NCBI GenBank assembly: GCA_041492755.1
Contig: JBGPXN010000006.1
Location: forward strand, 1 to 59,771
Reading direction: 5' to 3'
Length of the DNA stretch: 59,771 nucleotides
DNA from: Candidatus Methylomirabilia bacterium
GTDB taxonomy: Bacteria > Methylomirabilota > Methylomirabilia > Rokubacteriales > CSP1-6
Shown here: positions 48,352-56,926 of the stretch, piece after piece
Layout: each line of letters opens with the position of its first letter
How positions within the stretch are numbered: position 1 is the stretch's first letter
Position numbers and translations under genes: made by a program
Notes under the pieces: model-generated
What the model saw: the letters and a program-made list of their open reading frames with translations, nothing else
Told to the model about the DNA's origin: nothing
The model's database searches: none

Positions 48352-48662
48352 AATGGCCGCATTCTAGCGCAGCTCCAGGACGTGCGTGCAGTCGGGGACG
48401 TCGTCGCGGCGGCGGCGACCTCGGCCATCAGTCGCCGGGCGACTCCGCGCCGCCGGTGGGCCAGCAGCACGTAGAGGTGTCGCACGCGGCCGATGGTCGG
48501 CGCGGCGAGGGTCACCGACGCTCGCGACTGCGGCCAGGCCGCGACGAAGTGCGCGGTCACGACGAGGGCCAGCATCGCGTTGCAGAACAGCCGGCGCAGC
48601 TCCCAGTATCGCAGCGCATCCGTCGTGAGATCGCGAAGCGGCGGCACGCCATCCGGGGCCAT
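48348..48662 (-). pseudogene. Chimeric remnant: membrane-protein N-terminus fused to GNAT fragments
   Basis: DALRYWELRRLFCNAMLALVV..WP is followed abruptly by IGRVRHLYVLLAHRRRGVARRL (GNAT motif A). A GNAT-like tail DVPDCTHVLELR* lies in another frame ending at 48364. Confidence 0.55.
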
Positions 48663-48958
48663 GTGACCTCCAGTGTGAGTTACCGGGCTCGGTGCCGCGG
48701 CCAGGTCAAGCTCGAAGGACGCGTTCGGATCATTCTTGGGCTGTAGCCAGTCCTTCCACCTACTCTCGAGACAGTGACGTCGTGCCCGACACCGAATGTG
48801 CACGTGGGGTCTCACTCGGGCCGTCGTGACTCTCCGCGCCAGGAGTCAAGTGCTTCTAGCAAATCCCCCCCAGTCTTCCCCGCGGTTCCCCAGGAGCCGG
48901 ATTGCGGTAGAGTCTGCGTAGCCCGCCGGCCGATCGGCCGCACGGCGAGGAGGCCCCC

Positions 48959-49795
48959 ATGCACACCGGTATCGCGATCTTCGACACCGACTACTCGATT
49001 CCGATTCAGGACCTGGCCCGGGCCGCCGAGGAGCGCGGCTTCGAATCGCTCTGGGTGCCCGAGCACACGCACATCCCCACCAGCCGCAAGAGTCCGTTCG
49101 CCGGTGGCGAGCTGCCGGAGCACTACAAGCACACGCTGGATCCGTTCGTCTCGCTGACGGCCGCCGCCATGGTGACGACGCGGCTCAAGGTCGGCACCGG
49201 GATCTGCCTCATCATCGAGCGCGACACCATCACCACCGCCAAGAGCGTGGCCAGCGTCGACTTCGTCTCCAACGGCCGCGTCCTGCTCGGCATCGGCGGC
49301 GGCTGGAACCGGGAGGAGATGGAGCACCACGGCACCGACTTCCCCACGCGCTTCAAGCGGCTGGAGGAGCAGGTGCGCGCCATGAAGGAGATCTGGACGA
49401 AGGACGTCGCCGAGTTCCACGGCAAGTACGTCGACTTCGAGCCGCTCTGGGCGTGGCCCAAACCCGTGCAGAAGCCCCACCCGCCGGTCGTGATCGGCGG
49501 CGAGAGCGGCTACACGTTGCAGCGGGTGGTCGACATCGGCGACGGCTGGTTCCCGCGCGGGCGCGCCGGCGCCGAAGCCGTCCTCAAAGGGTACGCCGAC
49601 CTCAAGGCGCGCGCGGCCAGGGCCGGGCGCGACATCAAGACGATCTCGGTGTCGGTGTTCGCGGCCAAGCCGGATGCGACCGATCTCGCCAAGCTCGCCG
49701 AGGGTGGCGTCACACGCGCGGTGTTCCTGCTGCCGTCCGAGGGCCGCGACAAGGTGCTGCCGCTCCTGGACCAGTACTCGAAGCTCATCCGGTGA
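48959..49795 (+). CDS. LLM-class (F420-dependent type) oxidoreductase, Rv2161c-like
   Basis: GFESLWVPEHTHIP, DPFV, GGWNREE, WPKPVQKPHPP. Confidence 0.88.
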   Translation: MHTGIAIFDTDYSIPIQDLARAAEERGFESLWVPEHTHIPTSRKSPFAGGELPEHYKHTLDPFVSLTAAAMVTTRLKVGTGICLIIERDTITTAKSVASVDFVSNGRVLLGIGGGWNREEMEHHGTDFPTRFKRLEEQVRAMKEIWTKDVAEFHGKYVDFEPLWAWPKPVQKPHPPVVIGGESGYTLQRVVDIGDGWFPRGRAGAEAVLKGYADLKARAARAGRDIKTISVSVFAAKPDATDLAKLAEGGVTRAVFLLPSEGRDKVLPLLDQYSKLIR

Positions 49796-49811
49796 CGCGC
49801 GCGTTCACCCG

Positions 49812-50252
49812 GTGACGAACGCCGTTCCCGACTGGGCGCTGGCGCGGCTACGCGAGGCGCGCATCGCCCGGCTGGGGACGGCGGACGCCGGCGGCCGACC
49901 GCTCGTCGTGCCCGTCTGCTTCGCCTTCAACGGCGCGCAGGTCTATTCCGCGATCGACGCCAAGCCCAAGCGCACGGGACAGCTGCGCCGACTCGCCAAC
50001 CTCCAGGCCAACCCGCAGGCGTGCCTGGTGGTGGACGAGTACGACGAGGACTGGAACCGGCTCTGGTACGTGATCGTGGAGGGCGGCGCCGCCCTCCTCA
50101 CCGGCGGTGACGAATTCGCCGGCGCGATCGATCTGCTCGTCGCCAAGTATCCGCAGTACCGCACGCTCGCGCTCGATCGGACATCCGGCACGCTCATCCG
50201 GATCACGGCCACCCGCATCGTGCCCTGGCGGTTCCGGGAGGGCGCGTCCTAG
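49812..50252 (+). CDS. PPOX-class (split beta-barrel, F420-type) oxidoreductase, Rv0121-like
   Basis: ARLGTAD, VVPVCFA, AIDAKPK, LRRLAN, DEYDEDWNRLW, KYPQY. Confidence 0.85.
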   Translation: MTNAVPDWALARLREARIARLGTADAGGRPLVVPVCFAFNGAQVYSAIDAKPKRTGQLRRLANLQANPQACLVVDEYDEDWNRLWYVIVEGGAALLTGGDEFAGAIDLLVAKYPQYRTLALDRTSGTLIRITATRIVPWRFREGAS

Positions 50253-52777
50253 CCTCCCCGGGACCGGCGCACGCGGAACCCGGCGAGCGCGAGCAGCCGG
50301 GGGATGTTCCGCACGACGTCGACGTCCTTCTCGCGCTCGACCTCGGGCAGCTCCTCCCACGGCACCAGGCACTCGTGCGTCTTCTTCTCCAGATCCTTCG
50401 GGCCCGGCGCGTAGACCCAGCCCCGCGCGCGCAGCGTCTCGCTCCACCGGTCGTGCTCGCGCCGGGCGAGCGCGCCGATCTCGTCCGGGGTGAACGTGAC
50501 GCCGCCGGCGCCGCCCGGCGACGGCTCCAGCTCGTAGCCGATCGCGCGCAGCTTTTCGGGAATGTCGGCCGCCTGCTCGCGATTCGACGCCTGCAGGTCG
50601 GCCGGCAGGTCCTCCCAGGCGCGCAGCGACGGGTTCGTGGCCGGCGTCTCCCAGCGTTCCTGGATCGCCTTGCGGCAGTAGTCCTCGTGGATGGCGCGGG
50701 CCAACACCTCGAGCGGCCAGCTCTTGATCGCGCGCAGCCGATAGATGCGGAACTCGCCCGGATACTTCTTGGCGAGCGGCATCGTGCCGGCAAAATCGCA
50801 CGCGAAGCCCTGCGCCGCCTCGAGCGCGGCCAACGCCGCGAACGCCTCGCTGGCGAACACCTTGCCCGGCTCGGTGACGGGCTCGATGCGCGCGGCCCGA
50901 CTGACGTGCGCGCCGGTGAACCCAAGCCGGCGCACGATCGGATCGAAGTGCATGAACACGGGCCCCGAGTGCAGTCCGGTGCGGATGCTGAGCGGCCGGC
51001 GCACCGGGTGGCCGTCGACCATCTCCTCCCAGTACACGCCCATCTGCTCCCAGTCCGTGGTCGCGATCCTCCCCGTGAGCTCGAGCGCGAACAATCCCGC
51101 CGACTCCGCGCGGTCGAACACGAAGTAGATGGCGTCGCCCCACGTGTTCACGCTGATCGGCGCGTGCGGGCTTTCGGCGACGAGGCGCGAGACGAGGCCC
51201 ATGAAGCCGCGCACGAAATCGGGAATGAGGTGCTCGGGAAGCTTGCTGTAGCCGACGATGTCGGCGAAGAGCATCGTCTTGATCTCTTGCCGCAGTGACG
51301 CGCGGCCGGCCGGGTTGCCGCCGGCGCCGGCCGGCGCGTCGGCGGCCGCCTGCTCTGGCGCCGGCGCCTCGGCGGTGGGCAGACCCCCGATACTCACGAT
51401 CTCCGGTGCGACGGCGTGGCCGCGCCAGAGGTCGATGAACGACGCCGTCCCCCCGGGCGCTCCGGGCAGTCCGTCCCACACGGCGAGCGGGACGAGATCG
51501 AGATCGAGCGCGCGCGCGGTCAGACGGGCGAGTCCCGACATGACGGCGTTCGTGTACTCGAAGCCGACCGGGTCCGACGACTGGTACACCTCGCCGAGCA
51601 CGCGCACCGACGTCGCCCGGGCCAGGGCCCGGTGGAAGCGCTCGACCCAGACCGCGCCGTAGGGCGCGACGCTGGAATTCAAGAACGCCTCGTCCAGCCA
51701 GGGCAGCACCACGTGCACGGCGCCGCCGCGCGCCAGCATCTCTTCGAGGAAGATCAAATCGGCGCCGGCGGCGGCGCTGGCGAAGCCCACCCGGGCGTCG
51801 AGCGCGTCGAGCTTCGCGCGCAGGAGCGCGCGCACACGCTCCTCCGCCGCCGCGGGAAACCGGGGCGGGGTCCGCCCGGGCGCATCGAGCATGTGACCAG
51901 AGAAGACCACGAGCTGCAGCGGCGGAAAACAAGCGTCGAAGAAGCTGTCGGGTTGCCCCTGCCCGCGCGCCAGCACCCGGGCCTCCTTGCGGGCGGCGCC
52001 CAGCTCGTGCAGTGCGATGCCGGCGCCGGCGGCCGCCGCGCGATACCGATCTCGCGCCTCCTCGAGTCGGCCGAGGATCGTGAGCGCCTTGGCACGCGCC
52101 AGGAGCGACGCCATGCCCGGCCCGTCGTCGGCCTCGGACTGCTCGATCGACCGGAGAACCTGGCTCGCGAGCGTCCGCGCCTCCTCCGCGTATCGCGGTC
52201 CCAGCATCGAGGCGACCGCGCCCGCCTGGAGTGCGGGGGCGATCTCCGCCGGGCGCGCCGCCACCGCGCGCCGATACGATTCCAGCGCGCCGCGCAGCTT
52301 GATGTCGCGCTCGCCATCGCCGTCGGCCGCGAACGCGTCGTCCAGACTGATGTCGCCGAGCAGCCCGAGCGTCTGGGCGCGCGCCCGCGCGGTGAGCTGC
52401 GCGCTGGACACGAGATCACGCAGGATGCTCCGCGCCTCGTCGACGGATCCCACCCGGACGAGCGCACGGGCCAGGAGTTGCCGCAGCTCGACGTCGCGGC
52501 GATACAGGTGGAGCGCCTCGCGCGCCGCGTCGCACGCCAGCAAGAACTCACCCGCCGCGATCGCCCGCCGCACGAAGAGCCGCGGCAGCTCGACCGATTC
52601 CTGCAGCCAGGCGAGCGCGGCCCGCTCGGCCGCCACCGCCGTAGCGGCGCCGTCCTTGCCCGCCGGCCTGGGCACCGGCTGGCGGCCTTCCCAGATGTCG
52701 TGAAGGCGGCGGACGTCGACTCCGGACTGCTCGAGGCAGGCTTCGACGTCGGCGACGGAGGCGAGCACGGAGTTCAC
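50249..52777 (-). CDS. Multidomain TPR + SLOG-like + class III nucleotide cyclase + RyR-repeat protein
   Basis: Helical TPR-like N-terminus; FSGHMLD..RFP and ASAAAGADL (SLOG-like); LFADIVGYS, WGDA, GLHSGP, AARIE (cyclase); HEDY..WEDLP and HDRW..GW....D....H.CLVPWEEL..EREKD (RyR). Confidence 0.85.
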   Translation of the reverse strand: MNSVLASVADVEACLEQSGVDVRRLHDIWEGRQPVPRPAGKDGAATAVAAERAALAWLQESVELPRLFVRRAIAAGEFLLACDAAREALHLYRRDVELRQLLARALVRVGSVDEARSILRDLVSSAQLTARARAQTLGLLGDISLDDAFAADGDGERDIKLRGALESYRRAVAARPAEIAPALQAGAVASMLGPRYAEEARTLASQVLRSIEQSEADDGPGMASLLARAKALTILGRLEEARDRYRAAAAGAGIALHELGAARKEARVLARGQGQPDSFFDACFPPLQLVVFSGHMLDAPGRTPPRFPAAAEERVRALLRAKLDALDARVGFASAAAGADLIFLEEMLARGGAVHVVLPWLDEAFLNSSVAPYGAVWVERFHRALARATSVRVLGEVYQSSDPVGFEYTNAVMSGLARLTARALDLDLVPLAVWDGLPGAPGGTASFIDLWRGHAVAPEIVSIGGLPTAEAPAPEQAAADAPAGAGGNPAGRASLRQEIKTMLFADIVGYSKLPEHLIPDFVRGFMGLVSRLVAESPHAPISVNTWGDAIYFVFDRAESAGLFALELTGRIATTDWEQMGVYWEEMVDGHPVRRPLSIRTGLHSGPVFMHFDPIVRRLGFTGAHVSRAARIEPVTEPGKVFASEAFAALAALEAAQGFACDFAGTMPLAKKYPGEFRIYRLRAIKSWPLEVLARAIHEDYCRKAIQERWETPATNPSLRAWEDLPADLQASNREQAADIPEKLRAIGYELEPSPGGAGGVTFTPDEIGALARREHDRWSETLRARGWVYAPGPKDLEKKTHECLVPWEELPEVEREKDVDVVRNIPRLLALAGFRVRRSRGG

Positions 52778-52781
52778 CCGC

Positions 52782-53843
52782 TCAGCGCGCGGCGGCTTCC
52801 TCGTGCCAGAGACCGAGCGCGCGCAGGGCCGGCTCGTCGTTGAACTGGAACAGGCACGCCGGCGACCCCGCCGCCCCGTTGCGGTGCTCGATCCAGTGCC
52901 ACGCGGGGGCCACGAACGTGTCGCCCTGCGCCCACGCGAACGTTCCGTCGCCGATCCGGCTTTCCCCACGTCCTTCGATGACGTGGAAGATGGCGGCCGC
53001 GGTCCGGCGCTCACGCCGGGTCGTCTCGCCCGGACGCAGCCACTGGACTTCGGCCCCGAGCGTCACCATGGGCGGGCGGCCCGTCGTCGGATCGACGTAC
53101 CGGAGGATGACGGGCGTTTCGGCGGGGGCGCTGGCGGCGAACGCGGCGAGCGCGCGCCGGACCGTACGCCAGGGCCAGCGCACTTGCGGATACCCGGTCG
53201 GCGCGTAGCGGCTGTGCCGCGGCACGAGGCCGGCGGCGGTGAACTCGTCTTGCGACGAGTCGGTGTCGGTCGCCGGCGGCGGGACCGGGCGCGCGCCCGC
53301 GAGCCACGACGCGTCGAAGGCGCGCACGAGCGGAATGTCGAGCCCGTCGAGCCACACCGTCGGCTCGCTGCCCGCGTGGCCGTGATCGTGCCAGCGCATG
53401 GACGGCGTGATGATCAGGTCACCCGGCTCCATCACGCACTTGACGCCCTCCACCGTCGTGTAGGCGCCGTGACCTTCCACGACCATCCGGAGCGCGGCGG
53501 GCGTGTGGTGGTGGCTGGGCGCGATCTCTCCCGGCAGGATGATCTGCATGCCGGCGAACAGGGTCGGGGTGATGGCGTACGCGCCGTCGAGTCCCGGATT
53601 GCGGAGGACGAGCACCCGCCGCTCGGCACGCTCCATCTCGACGAGCCGGCCGGCTTCGAGCAGCAACGGTCGCAGCTCGCTCCAGGGCCAGAGGTACGGC
53701 ACCGCGCGCGAGGCCCGCTCTTTCGGAAGCAGCGCGTGCAGCGCCGTCCACAGCGGCGCCAGGGACCGCGACTCCAGGGCCTCGGTGTACGCGTGGGGAA
53801 GCGTGGCGTCGTGGGTGGAAAACGTCGTGCTCGTCCCGCTCAT
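52782..53843 (-). CDS. Gentisate 1,2-dioxygenase-like bicupin
   Basis: AERRVLVLRNPGL, QIILPGE.APSHHHT..ALR, WHDH, WLDGLDIP. Confidence 0.88.
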   Translation of the reverse strand: MSGTSTTFSTHDATLPHAYTEALESRSLAPLWTALHALLPKERASRAVPYLWPWSELRPLLLEAGRLVEMERAERRVLVLRNPGLDGAYAITPTLFAGMQIILPGEIAPSHHHTPAALRMVVEGHGAYTTVEGVKCVMEPGDLIITPSMRWHDHGHAGSEPTVWLDGLDIPLVRAFDASWLAGARPVPPPATDTDSSQDEFTAAGLVPRHSRYAPTGYPQVRWPWRTVRRALAAFAASAPAETPVILRYVDPTTGRPPMVTLGAEVQWLRPGETTRRERRTAAAIFHVIEGRGESRIGDGTFAWAQGDTFVAPAWHWIEHRNGAAGSPACLFQFNDEPALRALGLWHEEAAAR

Positions 53844-54060
53844 GGTCGTCCTCCCCCGCGTGGTCGGCCCGCGGTCGTCACGATGATACCGTCGAGCCGG
53901 CCCCAGCGGAAAACACCGGCGGAGCGCGACGGGGGGACGCCCGCCGGCCGCGGCCACGTGCGGGGGTGGCGGCGCGCTCTGGTATGATCCGGGCGATTTC
54001 CCGTCGCTGCGCGTCAACCGCTTTCCGCCCGTGGCGCCACGGGCGACGTCGAGGGCCGAC

Positions 54061-54243
54061 ATGCAGTTCGAGGTCGAGATCTACCAGACCGAAACGAAGG
54101 GATGGATCGCCACGGCGATCGCGCACGGCGTGACCGCCAAGGGGCGGACGGAGAAGGAAGTGCTGGCCCTGCTGATGGAAGCGCTCGCCAAACACTTCAA
54201 GAAAACCGGCGGAGCCGACCGGCGAGCGGAGAAGGGCCGATGA
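54061..54243 (+). CDS. Small HicB-like (RNase H-like fold) protein
   Basis: F.VEI.....GW.A......V.A.G.TE.E....L.EAL pattern; ATGA overlap with the next gene. Confidence 0.55.
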   Translation: MQFEVEIYQTETKGWIATAIAHGVTAKGRTEKEVLALLMEALAKHFKKTGGADRRAEKGR

Positions 54244-55118
54244 AGCCGCGGTCGCTCCGCGCCGCGGTGATGGCGGTGGCGGCCGTGCTCGCCTGTCTCG
54301 CCGCGCGCGCTCCCGCCCGCGCCGCCGACTACACCGGGCGCCTCGTCGACGCGCACTCGCACGTGCCCAATGCCACCGCGATCGACGCCTACGTCGACGC
54401 GATGAAGCGCCACAACGTCAGCAAGGTGATCCTGCTCGGCGTCGGCGGAGCGCAAAAGGACGACCCCGCCTGGATCGCCGCCGCCGCGAAGAAGTATCCG
54501 GATCGCGTCGTCGCCGGCGTTCCGGTGCCCGACCCGACGGCCGCGGCCGCGGGCGACAAGCTGGAGGCGGCACTCGCCAAGCGTCAGGCGCGGGCGGTGG
54601 GCGAGGTCCACATCCGCCAGGTCTCGCGCAAGATCGATCGCAATCCTGCCGAGGCGGGATTCGGCCGCGTGCTCGACGTGGCCGCCCGTCACAAGACGCC
54701 GGTGGTGATTCACGCCGAGCTCAACGACGCCGCCACCGCCGGGCTCGAGCAGGCGCTCGCCGCCCACCGAGAGGCGACGATCGTCCTCGCTCACGGCGGC
54801 GAAGCGGCCCCGGCGCGCCTGGAGCCGCTGCTGACCCGCCACCCGAACCTCGTGATCGACCTCTCCGGAATGCACTTCCAGCGCACGCCGGCGCTGGCGA
54901 CCGAGAATGGAGCGCTCGACCCGGCGTGGAAGGCGCTCATCGAGAAGCACCCGGACCGGTTCGTCATCGGCGTGGACGTCTGGGCCGCCCGGCTCTTCGA
55001 GCCAACCATGCTCGACCGCTTGTTCAAGTGGACGCGCCGCATCCTGGGTGAGCTGAAGCCCGACGTCGCCGAGAAGGTCGCCCACGCCAACTCGGTGAGG
55101 CTCTTCCGTCTGGACTGA
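54240..55118 (+). CDS. Secreted amidohydrolase family protein
   Basis: Signal peptide ending ARA-A; DAHSH, VGE, IHAE, LAHGG, GVD. Confidence 0.85.
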   Translation: MKPRSLRAAVMAVAAVLACLAARAPARAADYTGRLVDAHSHVPNATAIDAYVDAMKRHNVSKVILLGVGGAQKDDPAWIAAAAKKYPDRVVAGVPVPDPTAAAAGDKLEAALAKRQARAVGEVHIRQVSRKIDRNPAEAGFGRVLDVAARHKTPVVIHAELNDAATAGLEQALAAHREATIVLAHGGEAAPARLEPLLTRHPNLVIDLSGMHFQRTPALATENGALDPAWKALIEKHPDRFVIGVDVWAARLFEPTMLDRLFKWTRRILGELKPDVAEKVAHANSVRLFRLD

Positions 55119-55124
55119 CGGGGC

Positions 55125-56780
55125 GTGAGTCGACCGAATCCGTTCGCTGACTCGACCGCCGCGGCCATGCTCGATGCGGTGGCCACGCGTCACCCGCACC
55201 GCGACGCCATCGTCTTTGGCGACGAGCGGATCACGTTCGCCGACTTCCGCGACCGGACGCGGCGTCTGGCCGCCGGCCTGGCCGCGCTCGGCATCGGCCA
55301 CGGCGACCGCGTCGCGATCTGGCTGCCGAATCGACCCCTCTGGTACGTCGCGCAGTACGCGTGCGCGCGGCTGGGCGCCGTCGTCGTCGCGCTGAACCCG
55401 CGCTATCGCGCCCACGAGCTCGGCTACATCCTCGAGCAGTCGCAGTCGAGAGCGCTCTTCGTCACCGATCACCTCGGCGGCATCGATTACTTCGAGACCC
55501 TGCACGCGGTGCTCCCCGAGCTGGCCACCGCGGTGCCCGGCGAGCTCGAGAGCGCGCGGTGCCCGGAGCTTCGCCACGTCCTCGTGGACGCGGAGGATCC
55601 CTACCCCGGCTGCCACCGGGTCGCCGACGTGCTGGCGGCGGCGGAGGACGTGCCCGCGGTCGCCGCCGGACCGGACGATCTGTTCACGCTCCTCTACACG
55701 TCGGGGACGACGTCGTTCCCCAAGGGCGCCATGATCAGCCACCGCAACGTGGTCCCCCACGGCTGGAACTGTGGCGTCACGCTCCGGATCGCGCCGGACG
55801 ACCGCGTCCTGCACGCGCTGCCCGCGGCGGGGACGTGGGGTGGCCTCAACATTCCACTGACGACGTGGTCGCACGGCGCCTGCCTGGTCCTCATGGACAC
55901 GTTCGATCCGCTCCGCGCCCTGCACCTGATCCAGCGCGAGCGCTGCACCGTGTGGAACGCCGTCGACCAGATGGCGCGCGCCCTCCTCGACCACCCGGGG
56001 CTCGAGCGCTACGATCGCGCGTCGCTTCGCACGGGCGGGTTCGGGGCCGTCGGCGGCGGCGGCCATGGGCTGTTCGAGGCGTTCGTCGAGCGCCTCGGCG
56101 TGCGCTTCGCCTACCAGCCGTACGGCATGACCGAGGTCAACGCGCTGTCGCTGCTTCACGAGCTGGACGAGCCGTTCGACGTCCGCGCGCTCGCGGGCAT
56201 CCACCCGGCCCCCGGCATCGAGGTGCGCGTGGTGAATCCGGAGTCGGGCGCCGCCTGCCGCGCGGGAGAGGAAGGCGAGCTGCAATTCCGCGGTCCGCTC
56301 GTCACGCGCGGCTACTGGCGCAAGCCCGACGAGACGGCGCGCGCGTTCACCGCCGACGGCTGGTTTCGCTCCGGCGACGTCGGCCTGCGCGAGGAGCGTG
56401 GCTACGTCATCTTCAAAGGCCGCCTGCGCGAAGTGCTTCGCATCAGCCATCAGATGGTCGGCCCCGGCGAGATCGAGGCGTTCCTGATGTCGCATCCCGA
56501 CGTCCACCAGGCCTTCGTCGTGGGCGTGCCCGACCCGAAGACCAACGAGGCCGCGGTCGCGTACGTGATCCCGAGAGAAGGGGCGCGCGTGAACGAAGCC
56601 GAGCTGAGGGCGTTCTGCCGGGGACAGATCGCCTCGTTCAAGATCCCCCGGGCCATTCGCTTCGTGAAGGACGTGCCGCGCACGCCGGGGCCGCACGGCG
56701 ACAAGGTCCAGCGCGGAAAGCTGCGCGAGCAGGCCATGAGGGAGCTCGGACTGCGCGACACCGCAGCCGGAGGCGCGTGA
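55125..56780 (+). CDS. Acyl-CoA synthetase (AMP-binding)
   Basis: YTSGTTSFPKG, YGMTE, WFRSGD, GRL, FKIP. Confidence 0.92.
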   Translation: MSRPNPFADSTAAAMLDAVATRHPHRDAIVFGDERITFADFRDRTRRLAAGLAALGIGHGDRVAIWLPNRPLWYVAQYACARLGAVVVALNPRYRAHELGYILEQSQSRALFVTDHLGGIDYFETLHAVLPELATAVPGELESARCPELRHVLVDAEDPYPGCHRVADVLAAAEDVPAVAAGPDDLFTLLYTSGTTSFPKGAMISHRNVVPHGWNCGVTLRIAPDDRVLHALPAAGTWGGLNIPLTTWSHGACLVLMDTFDPLRALHLIQRERCTVWNAVDQMARALLDHPGLERYDRASLRTGGFGAVGGGGHGLFEAFVERLGVRFAYQPYGMTEVNALSLLHELDEPFDVRALAGIHPAPGIEVRVVNPESGAACRAGEEGELQFRGPLVTRGYWRKPDETARAFTADGWFRSGDVGLREERGYVIFKGRLREVLRISHQMVGPGEIEAFLMSHPDVHQAFVVGVPDPKTNEAAVAYVIPREGARVNEAELRAFCRGQIASFKIPRAIRFVKDVPRTPGPHGDKVQRGKLREQAMRELGLRDTAAGGA

Positions 56781-56926
56781 TGCTCCGTACGGCGCTCTGC
56801 GATCTCCTCGGCATCGAGTACCCGATCGTGCAGTCGGGACTGCTCATCGGCACCCGGGGGCGGCCGCGGCCGGCCCGTCCATTCCCTGCAACCGGGTTGC
56901 CGATTGGGCTAGCATGGGCGGCATGA
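56780..56926 (+). pseudogene. Nitronate monooxygenase/FabK-like remnant
   Basis: MLRTALCDLLGIEYPIVQSG (family start), then LLIGTR (resembles the family's internal GTR motif), then non-homologous sequence. Confidence 0.65.
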
